A stretch of DNA of 52,929 nucleotides from Candidatus Altiarchaeota archaeon (GCA_030609775.1 JAUWTD010000003.1:1-52929); one strand, 5' to 3'. Positions 9,192 to 18,960 are shown, counted from the first letter of the stretch. Notes: a model not told the origin generated them from the letters alone. A program made the numbers and translations.

Positions 9192-10193
9192 ATGGAAAAG
9201 CTTAATGCGGCTGTAATTGGGGTCGGATCCATGGGAAGAAATCACGCAAGGATATACTCTGAATTAGATGGCACCCGGTTAGTTGCTGTGGCAGATGCAA
9301 ATTATGATAACGCAGTAAATGTTGCAAAGCATCTGAGATGTAACGTATATAGCGACTACCTGGAGATGATAGATAAGGAGGACATTGATCTTGTGTCAAT
9401 AGCTGTTCCGACAAAATACCATAAAGATGTTGCATTAGGTTGTATTGAGCATAATATTTCCCTGCTTGTTGAAAAACCCATAGCAGACACAGAAGATAAT
9501 GCAAAAGAGATCACAAAGAGGGCAGAGGAGAATGGAGTAAAACTTACTGTAGGTCACATCGAAAGATTTAATCCGGCGGTCATTGAATTAAAAAAGCGGC
9601 TGGACCGGGGTGAGTTAGGGAAGATATTTGAGATGAAGGCGACACGTGTGGGTCCGTTCCCTAATAGAATAAGGGATGTGGGCGTCGTCATAGATCTTGC
9701 AGTGCATGACATAGATCTCATGAGGTATCTTACCAATTCCGAGGTTAAGAGACTATATGCTGAAACCGAGCGTAAGATTCATACAAAACATGAGGATATC
9801 CTATCTGGACTGATAAAATTCCAAAACGGTGCGGTAGGTGTTTTATCTGTTAACTGGCTGACCCCTGAAAAGATCCGGGAGATATCTATTCTTGGTGAGA
9901 AAGGCATGTTTCTTGTGAAATATCTGACCCAGGAACTATATTTCTATGAAAACATCAAGGCAAATGACGGAAACTACAGTTACTCTGACATACTTATGGG
10001 TGTGGCGGAAGGTGACATCACTAATATACGGATCCAGAAAAAAGAGCCTTTGAAAGCAGAGCTTGAGTCGTGGGTTGATTGTGTGAGAACCGATAAAAAG
10101 CCTGTGGTCAGTGGATTAGATGGTATAAGTGCCTTGGTTTTGGCTCAGAAGCTAATAGAGTCAAATGAGGCAGAGCAGGTGATATCTTTATGA
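9192..10193 (+). CDS. Gfo/Idh/MocA oxidoreductase (WbpB-like UDP-sugar 3-dehydrogenase)
   Basis: GVGSMG, EKP, VGHIERFNP and DLAVHDID motifs. Confidence 0.9.
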   Translation: MEKLNAAVIGVGSMGRNHARIYSELDGTRLVAVADANYDNAVNVAKHLRCNVYSDYLEMIDKEDIDLVSIAVPTKYHKDVALGCIEHNISLLVEKPIADTEDNAKEITKRAEENGVKLTVGHIERFNPAVIELKKRLDRGELGKIFEMKATRVGPFPNRIRDVGVVIDLAVHDIDLMRYLTNSEVKRLYAETERKIHTKHEDILSGLIKFQNGAVGVLSVNWLTPEKIREISILGEKGMFLVKYLTQELYFYENIKANDGNYSYSDILMGVAEGDITNIRIQKKEPLKAELESWVDCVRTDKKPVVSGLDGISALVLAQKLIESNEAEQVISL

Positions 10194-11473
10194 AAATCTG
10201 TGTCATTGGTTTAGGAAAGATCGGGCTTCCTTTAGCTGCCCAGTATGCAAGCAAGGGGTTTCCTGTAATCGGATGCGATATAAATCAGGAGGTTGTGGAC
10301 TCAGTTAACTCCGGGATTTCTCATGTAACAGAAGAACCTGGACTGGATGAGAAGGTAAAGGATGCAGTAAAGAAAGGCCTTTTATCTGCGACAACTGATA
10401 CGGTGTCCGCTGTAAAGGAGTCTAATGTCATAGTTATTATTGTTCCGCTGGTAGTTGACCCTAAAGGGAACATAGATTACAGTATTGTTGATTCAGTAAC
10501 AAAGGTTGTTGCAGAAGGTCTGCAGAAAGGTTCATTGGTTGTTTATGAGACAACCCTCCCGGTAGGTGGTACAAGGAATCGTATGGCGCCTATATTGGAG
10601 AAATCCAATCTTAAGTCCGGAGAAGATTTTTATCTGGTGTTTAGCCCTGAGCGAGTATCATCTGGCGTAATGTTTGAGTATCTAGAGGATATTCCCAAGA
10701 TTGTCGGCGGAGTGAATGAAAAATCAACTAAGCAGGGACTTGAATTCTATGAGCGTGTTCTTGATTCAAAGGTTGTTTCTGTTTCGAGTTCGGAGGCGGC
10801 TGAATCAACTAAGTTGTTTGGCATGGTCTACCGGGACATAAATATTGCAGTAGCTAATGAGTTTGCTAAATTCTGTAATGCAAAAGGTTTTGATGTCAAC
10901 GAAATAATCTCTGCTTCGAATACGAATCCTCATTCGCACATACTTCTCCCGGGTATCGGGGTGGGTGGACATTGTGCTCCGGTATACCCTTATTTTCTGA
11001 TAAAGAATGCTGCAGACGCAGGTGTTGACATGGTTCTTTCGAAGGCATCACGGGAGATAAATGATGGGATGCCCGACTTTGCCGTAGGCTTAGTTGAAAA
11101 AGAGTTAGGTTCGCTTAAAGGAAGAAATATTCTTGTTTTGGGTCTCGCCTACAGAGGTAACGTGAAAGAGACTTTTTTAAGCCCTTCCCTCTCCATAATA
11201 AAACATCTAGATGATAGGGGGGCGAATGTTTATGTGCATGATCCCCTGTTTTCAGATGATGAGATCAGGCGATTTGGGGCAGAGTCAGCAGGTATGGGAA
11301 ATCTGCCCTCTATTGATGCAGTGATCCTGGTAACAAACCATAAAGAATATGGCAGCATGGATCTCAAAGAGCTCAGAGAGAAAGGTGTACAGATTTTTGT
11401 GGATGGTAGAAACGTTTTTTCCAAAAATGAGTTCAAAGAATCTGGCATAATCTACCGCGGCATTGGAACATAG
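10190..11473 (+). CDS. Nucleotide-sugar 6-dehydrogenase (WbpA/WecC family)
   Basis: GLGKIGLP, FSPER, GVGGHC (catalytic Cys), DGRN. Confidence 0.9.
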   Translation: MKICVIGLGKIGLPLAAQYASKGFPVIGCDINQEVVDSVNSGISHVTEEPGLDEKVKDAVKKGLLSATTDTVSAVKESNVIVIIVPLVVDPKGNIDYSIVDSVTKVVAEGLQKGSLVVYETTLPVGGTRNRMAPILEKSNLKSGEDFYLVFSPERVSSGVMFEYLEDIPKIVGGVNEKSTKQGLEFYERVLDSKVVSVSSSEAAESTKLFGMVYRDINIAVANEFAKFCNAKGFDVNEIISASNTNPHSHILLPGIGVGGHCAPVYPYFLIKNAADAGVDMVLSKASREINDGMPDFAVGLVEKELGSLKGRNILVLGLAYRGNVKETFLSPSLSIIKHLDDRGANVYVHDPLFSDDEIRRFGAESAGMGNLPSIDAVILVTNHKEYGSMDLKELREKGVQIFVDGRNVFSKNEFKESGIIYRGIGT

Positions 11474-11484
11474 TTTCTCTAAGA

Positions 11485-11736
11485 TCATGGGGGCGTGAGC
11501 ATTCCGCTGAGACTGAGTATCAGGAGGCTTCCGACTCCTGCAAGCCCAAAGACTGCAGTAACTCCGATAGTTGCAAGATTTATCGGAATCGGCAGCTGGA
11601 AGGCGAACTTGAACAGGAAGAGTAAAAACAAACCAACAACTGAATTTACTATAACCTTCTTTAGGACCTTCCAGAATATGTACAGGAACAGTATCAATAC
11701 TACTCCTGTCAAAATATAGGTGAATACCTCATGCAT
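11485..11736 (-). CDS. Small membrane protein, BofA-like family
   Basis: 83 aa, 3 hydrophobic segments, NSVVGL and IPINLAT...GLAGVG pattern. Confidence 0.65.
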   Translation of the reverse strand: MHEVFTYILTGVVLILFLYIFWKVLKKVIVNSVVGLFLLFLFKFAFQLPIPINLATIGVTAVFGLAGVGSLLILSLSGMLTPP

Positions 11737-11780
11737 TCTATTTAATACTTAACGATTGCGCTATAAATATATAACCATAA

Positions 11781-11905
11781 GCCCGCGTGGGGTAGCATGG
11801 ATATCCTGAGAGCCTGCGGTGAATATTTTTTCATCTTTTTTTCCCATTGAAAAGAAAAAGGTTCGCAGCGAGCTTTTGACCCGAGTTCAAATCTCGGCGC
11901 GGGCG
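11781..11905 (+). tRNA. tRNA-Arg(GCG) with a 51-nt intron at position 37/38 (11820-11870)
   Basis: Acceptor stem GCCCGCG/CGCGGGC; anticodon stem AGAGC/GCTTT with GCG at 11816-11818; T arm CCGAG-TTCAAAT-CTCGG. The BHB helix pairs CTGC (11814-17) with GCAG (11865-68). No encoded CCA. Confidence 0.93.
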
Positions 11906-11929
11906 ATTTTTTTTTATATTATTTAAACA

Positions 11930-13126
11930 ATGCTTAAAAAACTATCTAAAAAAGAAGGGATATCCCCTGAGAAGCTTCAGAGAAGGATTGATAATGGCTC
12001 TATTGTTATTCTTAAGAGTTCTGAGCGAGACATATCTCCCCTTGCGATTGGTGAAGGCGTAAAAGTTAAGGTTAATGCAAATCTTGGAACCTCTTCTGAT
12101 GTTGTTGATCTCCGCAAGGAACTAGATAAGGCCTGGGTGGCTGTGAAATCCGGCTCAGATGCCTTAATGGATTTATCTATTGGAGGGGATCTTGATTTAA
12201 TCCGGAGGGAAATAATAAAAAGTACGGATGTTCCTCTTGGAACCGTGCCCATATACCAGGCCTTCATTGAAAAGCAGGTTGACATGACCTCAGATGATAT
12301 ACTTGACGTCATCGAGAAAAACTGCAAAGACGGCGTTGATTTTCTGACACTGCACTGTGGCATCACAAAAAATATTCTCGATGATCTTGGCAGCAGATCT
12401 ATTCCCATAACAAGCCGGGGTGGAAGTTTTATTGCCGCTTGGATGATTAAGAACAAAAAAGAGAATCCATTATATACGCACTTTGACCATATCCTTGAGA
12501 TAATGGGCAGATATAATACTGTAATAAGTTTAGGTGATGCGCTTCGGCCTGCGTGTATCAAGGATTCGACAGATATTGCTCAGATGCAGGAGTTAGTGAA
12601 CTTAGGACGGCTCACAAAAAGAGCAAGGAAAGCCAAGGTGCCTGTGATTGTTGAAGGTCCCGGGCATGTTCCGTTGGATCAGATTCAGGCTAACATGGTT
12701 CTTGAAAAAAAGATTTGTGGTAACGCCCCCTTTTATGTTCTTGGTCCTTTGGTTACTGATATTGCATTAGGCCATGATCACATATCCGGAGCTATCGGCG
12801 GAGCAATCGCAGCAATGCATGGGGCAGATTTTCTCTGTTATGTCACCCCCTCTGAGCATTTGGGTCTTCCAACTGTAGAAGATGTCCGGGAAGGCGTCAT
12901 AGCATCCAAGATTGCAGCCCACGCAGCCGACATAGTCCGATTAAAGGACACTACACGAGATGATATGATGTCTCAGGCGAGAAGCGAACTTGACTGGGAT
13001 AAAATGTTTGATCTATGCATAGACAAAGACATCCGCATAAAATACGATAGGTTAGTAGATAAAGGCACATGTACTATGTGCGGTAAATACTGTGCCTTAA
13101 AGATTGTTAAAGATTATTTGAAATAG
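11930..13126 (+). CDS. thiC: Phosphomethylpyrimidine synthase ThiC
   Basis: KVNANLGTS, MDLS, GTVPIYQA, SRGGS, EGPGHVP, CYVTPSEHL and C-terminal CTMCGKYC. Confidence 0.9.
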   Translation: MLKKLSKKEGISPEKLQRRIDNGSIVILKSSERDISPLAIGEGVKVKVNANLGTSSDVVDLRKELDKAWVAVKSGSDALMDLSIGGDLDLIRREIIKSTDVPLGTVPIYQAFIEKQVDMTSDDILDVIEKNCKDGVDFLTLHCGITKNILDDLGSRSIPITSRGGSFIAAWMIKNKKENPLYTHFDHILEIMGRYNTVISLGDALRPACIKDSTDIAQMQELVNLGRLTKRARKAKVPVIVEGPGHVPLDQIQANMVLEKKICGNAPFYVLGPLVTDIALGHDHISGAIGGAIAAMHGADFLCYVTPSEHLGLPTVEDVREGVIASKIAAHAADIVRLKDTTRDDMMSQARSELDWDKMFDLCIDKDIRIKYDRLVDKGTCTMCGKYCALKIVKDYLK

Positions 13127-13184
13127 GTTTATTATATCATAAAATAAGTTTATTATATCATTTATCTATTAATAAGATTATATA

Positions 13185-13847
13185 ATGGATTTAACATTTA
13201 TCCTTGGATCATTTGGTCCTTTGGATCTTACCTTTGTTGTGAAATCTTTTGTTGCTTTATTTGTTATCATTGATGTCTTCGGTCTTTTGCCGATATTTAT
13301 GTCGCTTCTTGAGGATTACAACGAGGAAGATAAACAGGCCATGATCCGGATGGCTACAAGGACTGCTGCTATTGTGTTGCTTATTTTAACCTTATTTGGT
13401 AACTTCATTTTTATGATTCTTGGCATAAACCTGTATTCTTTCCGGATTGCTGGCGGAATAATTTTGTTAATCATCTCTGTTGAGATGTTGTTTGGCCGGA
13501 AAACGCGGACGGGTTCATCAGAGAGCATTGATTTAGAGAAAGAGGATATTGCGGTGACGCCTATGGCCATTCCCTTACTCACCGGGCCTGGTGCCATCAC
13601 TACTGGAATAATTCTTTTTGAGGAGGCAGCAACGGTGTTAAATAGGGTGTTTCTCTTTGTGAATATACTTCTTGTTTTCTGGGTGGCTTTTAAGATATTC
13701 TCTCGTCTGGATCTTGTTTACAAGGTCTTAGGGCATACTGGAGCAAAGGTTTTGACAAGGGTTATGGGTTTGATGCTTTCTGCAATCTCTGTGCAGTTTA
13801 TCATATCCGGCATATCTGAGGCAATAAAGTCTGGGATCATGGGCTAA
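13185..13847 (+). CDS. MarC family membrane protein
   Basis: FRIAGGIIL, PMAIPLLTGPGAI, TRVMGLML. Confidence 0.92.
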   Translation: MDLTFILGSFGPLDLTFVVKSFVALFVIIDVFGLLPIFMSLLEDYNEEDKQAMIRMATRTAAIVLLILTLFGNFIFMILGINLYSFRIAGGIILLIISVEMLFGRKTRTGSSESIDLEKEDIAVTPMAIPLLTGPGAITTGIILFEEAATVLNRVFLFVNILLVFWVAFKIFSRLDLVYKVLGHTGAKVLTRVMGLMLSAISVQFIISGISEAIKSGIMG

Positions 13848-13860
13848 ATCCCCAAAATCC

Positions 13861-14334
13861 CTAATATTCTTCTGTTCCTTCTTTCTTGTCTAAGTCTATG
13901 TGGGATATTATTATCCCGGCATTCTTCATGATTTCAAGCCCTTCTTTATCAGTATATTCTCCGCTCACAACAACCCGTGCTATCCCTGCGTTAACGATTA
14001 GTCTAGCGCAGATCTTACATGGGAAGGCGTTAATGTATAGTGTGCACTTTCGGCTTTTCCTCCCTGCCTGGATGAGTGCATTCTGTTCTGCATGTACGCC
14101 CGGGCAGATTTCATGCCCTGTGCCGCTTTCTACGTTGTTTTTATTCTTTATGCATCCCACATCCTGACAGTGCGGTGCGTTTCTGACAACGCCGTTGTAG
14201 CCGGTGGCAACTATTTCATGGTCCTGGGTCACTATCACTGAGCCGAATTGGTGTCTTATGCATGTTGATCTTAAGGAAACATCTAAGGCAATCTTTGAGA
14301 AGTATTCATCCCATGAGGGTCTACATGTTTTCAT
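13861..14334 (-). CDS. dCMP deaminase family protein
   Basis: RPSWDEYF, TGYNG, HAEQNA and PCKIC zinc motifs. Confidence 0.92.
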   Translation of the reverse strand: MKTCRPSWDEYFSKIALDVSLRSTCIRHQFGSVIVTQDHEIVATGYNGVVRNAPHCQDVGCIKNKNNVESGTGHEICPGVHAEQNALIQAGRKSRKCTLYINAFPCKICARLIVNAGIARVVVSGEYTDKEGLEIMKNAGIIISHIDLDKKEGTEEY

Positions 14335-14416
14335 CTTTAACTATTTATTTTTTATCTAAAAATTAGAATAGTATCTTATTGATAAAAAGATAGAATAAAA
14401 AAGTAGGATAAAAAAA

Positions 14417-14806
14417 ATGGAAAAGAAGATTGGAAACATGAAGGATCTTAAGGCAGGCAAATATGTATTAATTGATAATGAGCCTTGCAGAGTCGTAAGT
14501 GTCACACACTCAAAGCCTGGGAAACACGGTGGGGCGAAGGCAAGGATTGATGCAGTCGGTATTTTTGATGGGCAGAAGAGGAATTTGATGGGGCCAATAA
14601 GTAACAATGTAGATGTTCCGATAATTAACAAAAACAATGCGCAGGTACTCAATGTTATTGGTGATACTGTGCAGTTGATGGATATGTCTTCATATGAAAC
14701 ATTTGAGCTTCCTGTTCCTAATGAGCTAAAGGGGCAGTTATCTGAAGGAATTGAAGTGCTCTATATGGAGTCGATGGGTAAACGGCTTATCTTGAAGCCG
14801 CAGTAA
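14417..14806 (+). CDS. eif5a: Translation factor aIF-5A
   Basis: SKPGKHGGAK hypusine motif; VQLMDMSSYETF. Confidence 0.96.
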   Translation: MEKKIGNMKDLKAGKYVLIDNEPCRVVSVTHSKPGKHGGAKARIDAVGIFDGQKRNLMGPISNNVDVPIINKNNAQVLNVIGDTVQLMDMSSYETFELPVPNELKGQLSEGIEVLYMESMGKRLILKPQ

Positions 14807-14822
14807 TAAAAAAAAATAGGGT

Positions 14823-16904
14823 ATGATGAAAAATAGGATAATATTTTTTTTTATTTTAGTCCTTGTCGGATGCTGTATTGTCGGATGCTGCATTGTCGGA
14901 TGCTGTAGTGCGCAGGTTTATTCTCCGTTATCTGAGAAATGGTCATATAACCTGAAATCAGATGAACTCTATACGATAGATGCTGATAAGGATGGGCTTC
15001 TTGAGCTTTATGCTGTGTCATACAGTAACCGTGCAGGCTGCATATCTTTTTTTGATTATGATGGAACCTATGTGAGGCGGAACTGCATCTCTGGATACGG
15101 TAAACTCAAGTATCCGCATGCAAGAGAAGAGATTAACTTTATGTATCTGGATGATATAAACCATGACGGTGTTTTGGATGTTTTAGCAGCGTCAAGCATC
15201 ATAGGAGGAAGTGTAAATGTAAAGAAGCTATACATAATCCACAGGGAGTATGTAGCCGGATTAAAACGTTATGAGTATGACTTTAAATGGGATTATACTC
15301 CGGGTAACATAATCACCGATATCAAGTTAGTGGACATTGATGGTGATGAGTGGACTGATATAATTGCTTCTTCTCTGGATTCTAATGTATATGTCCTTGG
15401 TCAGGACAGGAAATTAAAATATTCCTATGATCTTGGTGGGGGGGTCTGGAGCATATTCGCATCAGATATCGACGCCGACGGAAGAATTGAAATAATAGCT
15501 GGAGCATATTCTGGCATCTTTCTTCTGGAAGATGAGAAAATAACCTGGAATTATAGTGTAGGTGAAAGGATAATTGAGGTCTATGCCTCAGACTTAAATG
15601 AAGATAATTTATCTGAAATCTTGGCTCTCTCTGCGAATATGGTGTACTTATTAGATGTTAACGGATCACGCTTATGGATGAAACCTATAGATAATCTTGT
15701 TGATTCCTGGATAGCGGATGTAGACAATGATGGTAATATGGACATACTGTTGTTAACGAAGGATTCATTATGTTCTCTTGACGCTGAAGGAAACATGCGC
15801 TGGCAGTATGGTTTCGATGAGCAGCCTCTCACATTAACTATTGATTTATACAATAACATATTTGTTGGCTCAGCAGATAAGCTCTACAGGCTTGCAGTAG
15901 ATCAAGACTATTTCCTGAACAAGAGGGCGGAGGAATCCTATTTGTTGGCATATAATCTTTATCTGAACGGCGACTATGATGAGGCGCGCGTTTATGCAAC
16001 GAGAGCAAAGCAGATGTTTTTGATGGTAAATAATACCGATGGCACTTTCAAGTGTGATTTCATATTCCTCGTAACTAAGCTGAATTCAAGTACTGTAGAT
16101 AAAAGAGGGGAAGCAGACAAATACTATGCTGAGGCTGTCAGGCTTCTTGATTTGGGGTCATTTGATGAGGCGAGAGATTATGCTGAAATGTCTTTACATA
16201 TCTACTTGGAAATTAATGACCGCAACAGTGCAATAAAATGCGATCTTCTCCGGGCAAATATTGACAAGAAAAGCATAGATTCTAAGGTAAATAAGGCCTC
16301 GTGGCACTATACGAATGCATTAGATTCCTTATCCTCTCTTATGTTTGATGGTGCCTCTGCGCATGCGCAGGATGCATTGGTGATCTATACTGAGTTAAAT
16401 GACTCCTCAGGCATTATGAAATCTAAATCCTTACTTTCCACGATTGCGTTGACTAAGAAAAGACATGATGCCAATCTTTTTTGTAATATCTCCTTTCAGT
16501 TATTTGATTCAGAAGAGTATGATAATGCATCGATACATGCAGAGAAGGCAATAGACTTATATGTTGAATTAGCTGATGGGGAGAAGGCTATAGGGTGCGG
16601 GCGTTTATTTAATTTATCTGTTAAATATGTCGAAGCTGAATCCTATTATGATCTTGCAATGGATAATTATCGTTCTTCTAATCTAGATAATGCATCATTC
16701 TACGTATTAGAGGCAAAGGCCCTCTATGGGGAATTAAATAATTCTAAACGAGTTGATAGCTGTGATTTCTTACTCACTGAAATAGAGAAAGCAAAAATAG
16801 GTGTTTTTATAGATTATGCAATATATGCGACACCCATTGTATTTTTCCTGCTTTTGATACTTTTTTTGAATAGGCGTCGTAGACTCAGGAAACAAGGGCT
16901 TTAA
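14823..16904 (+). CDS. Secreted, C-terminally membrane-anchored protein: FG-GAP/VCBS beta-propeller plus TPR-like helical repeats
   Basis: Signal peptide; repeated DxDxDGxxD/E motifs; A-x3-Y helical repeats; C-terminal TM followed by RRRRLRK. Confidence 0.8.
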   Translation: MMKNRIIFFFILVLVGCCIVGCCIVGCCSAQVYSPLSEKWSYNLKSDELYTIDADKDGLLELYAVSYSNRAGCISFFDYDGTYVRRNCISGYGKLKYPHAREEINFMYLDDINHDGVLDVLAASSIIGGSVNVKKLYIIHREYVAGLKRYEYDFKWDYTPGNIITDIKLVDIDGDEWTDIIASSLDSNVYVLGQDRKLKYSYDLGGGVWSIFASDIDADGRIEIIAGAYSGIFLLEDEKITWNYSVGERIIEVYASDLNEDNLSEILALSANMVYLLDVNGSRLWMKPIDNLVDSWIADVDNDGNMDILLLTKDSLCSLDAEGNMRWQYGFDEQPLTLTIDLYNNIFVGSADKLYRLAVDQDYFLNKRAEESYLLAYNLYLNGDYDEARVYATRAKQMFLMVNNTDGTFKCDFIFLVTKLNSSTVDKRGEADKYYAEAVRLLDLGSFDEARDYAEMSLHIYLEINDRNSAIKCDLLRANIDKKSIDSKVNKASWHYTNALDSLSSLMFDGASAHAQDALVIYTELNDSSGIMKSKSLLSTIALTKKRHDANLFCNISFQLFDSEEYDNASIHAEKAIDLYVELADGEKAIGCGRLFNLSVKYVEAESYYDLAMDNYRSSNLDNASFYVLEAKALYGELNNSKRVDSCDFLLTEIEKAKIGVFIDYAIYATPIVFFLLLILFLNRRRRLRKQGL
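14863..14907 (+). repeat. Three tandem 15-bp repeats (TTGTCGGATGCTG[T/C]A) inside the signal-peptide coding region
   Basis: Copies at 14863, 14878 and 14893, with one mismatch; they encode VGCCI-VGCCI-VGCCS. Confidence 0.95.
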
Positions 16905-16909
16905 ACGAT

Positions 16910-18139
16910 TTATTCACTGTAGATTGTGTTCCTTACAACCGAACCTGCTTCAACATATGCTCCTGGATAGATGGATCTTCCCGGCATTATGGATACGTTT
17001 ATCCCGGTTTTTACGTTGTCTCCCATAAGGCAGCCGAATTTTCTTCTACCTGATTTTGTTAATTTATCTTTTATCTCTATTCTTATTTCATCATTGTCGA
17101 CTCTGAGATTGGCGACGGTTGTTCCTGCACCGAAGTTGCATTTTTCCCCTATCATAGAGTCTCCTACATATGATAGGTGGCATATGTTAGTATCAGACAT
17201 GATAATCGAGTTTTTGATTTCTACGCCGTTACCTATTCTCGCCCTATCTTGTATGGTTGAGTATGGTCTAATATATGAGTTTGGTCCGATGACACAGTTT
17301 TTGCCGATATAGCATGGGCCTTCAATATATGTTCCTGATTTGATGATTGAACCTTTTCCTATATGTACTGGACCCTTTATCGTCACATATTTTTCTAATA
17401 TAACCTCTTTATCTTGTTTAAGTTTCATCTCCTTCATGACCATCTCATTTGCGTTCAGAAGATCCCATGGTCTGCCTACGTCAATCCATCTACCCTCCCC
17501 CTCGAAGCCGTAAACCTCTTTTTTATCTATCATGATTCTGATAGCGTCTGTTATCTCATATTCTAGTCTAGCTGATTTCTCTATTGATTTAATAGTATCA
17601 AACACCCCCTTATTGAAGATGTATATGCCTGCATTCGCTAGATCTCCTTCTGGATTCTCTGGTTTTTCCTCTATGTCTATAACCTTGTTTCCTGTTAGCT
17701 TGACTATGCCAAACTCTTTTGGATTATTGACCCTTACAAGGCAAAGGCTTGCATTAGCGTTACTTTTTTTGTGGTTTTCGGCGAGGTTTTTAATCAGTTC
17801 CTTTGATGTGATCAAATCGCCGTTCATGACAAGGAAATCCTCGGTTATCTTGTCTTTTACCATAGAGATCGCATGCGCTGTTCCAAGCTGTTCTTTTTGT
17901 ATAATATATTCCAGCCTAAGTCCGTTGAATTGTTCCCCGAAATAATTTTTTATCTCCTCGCTTCTGTAACCTACGATAATGTAGGCTTTCTTAAATCCGT
18001 TTTCTGATAGGGCTTCCAGATCCCATTCAATTATGGGTTTCCCTGCTACGGGCAGCATTGGTTTCGGTCTCGTGCATGTGAGCGGTCGAAGCCGTGTTCC
18101 CTCTCCTGCGGCAAGAATTACTGCATCCATCTTATTCAA
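16910..18139 (-). CDS. glmU: Bifunctional sugar-1-phosphate nucleotidylyltransferase/acetyltransferase (archaeal GlmU)
   Basis: ILAAGEGTRLRPLT..RPKPM, EEKP, and a C-terminal hexapeptide domain with HLSYVGDS and NFGAGT. Confidence 0.88.
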   Translation of the reverse strand: MNKMDAVILAAGEGTRLRPLTCTRPKPMLPVAGKPIIEWDLEALSENGFKKAYIIVGYRSEEIKNYFGEQFNGLRLEYIIQKEQLGTAHAISMVKDKITEDFLVMNGDLITSKELIKNLAENHKKSNANASLCLVRVNNPKEFGIVKLTGNKVIDIEEKPENPEGDLANAGIYIFNKGVFDTIKSIEKSARLEYEITDAIRIMIDKKEVYGFEGEGRWIDVGRPWDLLNANEMVMKEMKLKQDKEVILEKYVTIKGPVHIGKGSIIKSGTYIEGPCYIGKNCVIGPNSYIRPYSTIQDRARIGNGVEIKNSIIMSDTNICHLSYVGDSMIGEKCNFGAGTTVANLRVDNDEIRIEIKDKLTKSGRRKFGCLMGDNVKTGINVSIMPGRSIYPGAYVEAGSVVRNTIYSE

Positions 18140-18363
18140 GGGGCCTTTTCGGCGACTACGTATCCTTCACTCCAGTTAGGGGCTAGTTTTTTCATCTTTT
18201 TATGGAAGTCTTTTTTCATCACCGCCTCCCCATCCTCTCTTTTAACATTCTTCAAGTCCACGACATAATGGGTTTCATCGCTCTGAGGTATATTCTCCAG
18301 TATCTCGGAGAAGCTCTCTATTAATTTAATACCTTCTTTCTCTATCTTTTTTTTATCAAGCAT
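18136..18363 (-). CDS. gatC: Asp-tRNA(Asn) amidotransferase subunit C (archaeal GatC)
   Basis: 75 aa; ETHYVVDLKNVKREDG...LAP...GYVVAE resembles archaeal GatC. Confidence 0.75.
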   Translation of the reverse strand: MLDKKKIEKEGIKLIESFSEILENIPQSDETHYVVDLKNVKREDGEAVMKKDFHKKMKKLAPNWSEGYVVAEKAP

Positions 18364-18424
18364 TTTAGTGGTGTAGTATTAATGTAGTATTAATAGAGAA
18401 TATTGGAATCATAGAATAAAAATT

Positions 18425-18901
18425 TTATTCAACTATTCCAGTTATCCTCCCTCGGTCTGTGTGATTGTAACTATGGCCTGAAATCATTTGGGTGTAGGTT
18501 ATGGTCAGATTAACCTTGAATGCGTCACCCACCATCTTTGAGGTGTCACATATACTGTTGGCATCTGAAACTTTTACGGCCGAACCTGAGTCCATTGTGG
18601 CGCTTTCCGGATCTAATCTACCTACGCAATCTCCTCCTGCCGTGATATTCAGATCGCTTATGAATGTGCCGGCTCCGTTACTAAGTATGAAACTTAACCC
18701 GTTAACGGTGTCGTATTTGATACCTGGTTCGAATGGCTTCATCTTAGCGAATCCGTTTGCCATGTTTATGCCCTCCGGGTTCCCTCCAAAAACACCCATC
18801 TTCCAAAGCATTACCCCCACAATCATAACAACGAGAATAGCCCAGCCATAAGTCATCAGATACTCCATGGCTCCCTGACCTTTTACGTCTGAGATCTGCA
18901 T
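18425..18901 (-). CDS. Type IV pilin-like protein with class III signal peptide (paralog 2)
   Basis: KG/QGAMEYLMTYGWAILVVMIVG, with Q at +1 and E at +5; N-glycosylation sequons NIT, NLT and NHT. Confidence 0.88.
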   Translation of the reverse strand: MQISDVKGQGAMEYLMTYGWAILVVMIVGVMLWKMGVFGGNPEGINMANGFAKMKPFEPGIKYDTVNGLSFILSNGAGTFISDLNITAGGDCVGRLDPESATMDSGSAVKVSDANSICDTSKMVGDAFKVNLTITYTQMISGHSYNHTDRGRITGIVE

Positions 18902-18960
18902 AAAAAAATTTAGGTAGCCGTTAGATAAAAACTTATCGATATTTTGTCAGAACAAGAGAA

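Noticed and set aside
11737-11929. TPP riboswitch upstream of thiC
   Set aside because: The structured sequence is fully explained by the intron-containing tRNA-Arg; only 24 AT-rich nt separate it from the ATG.
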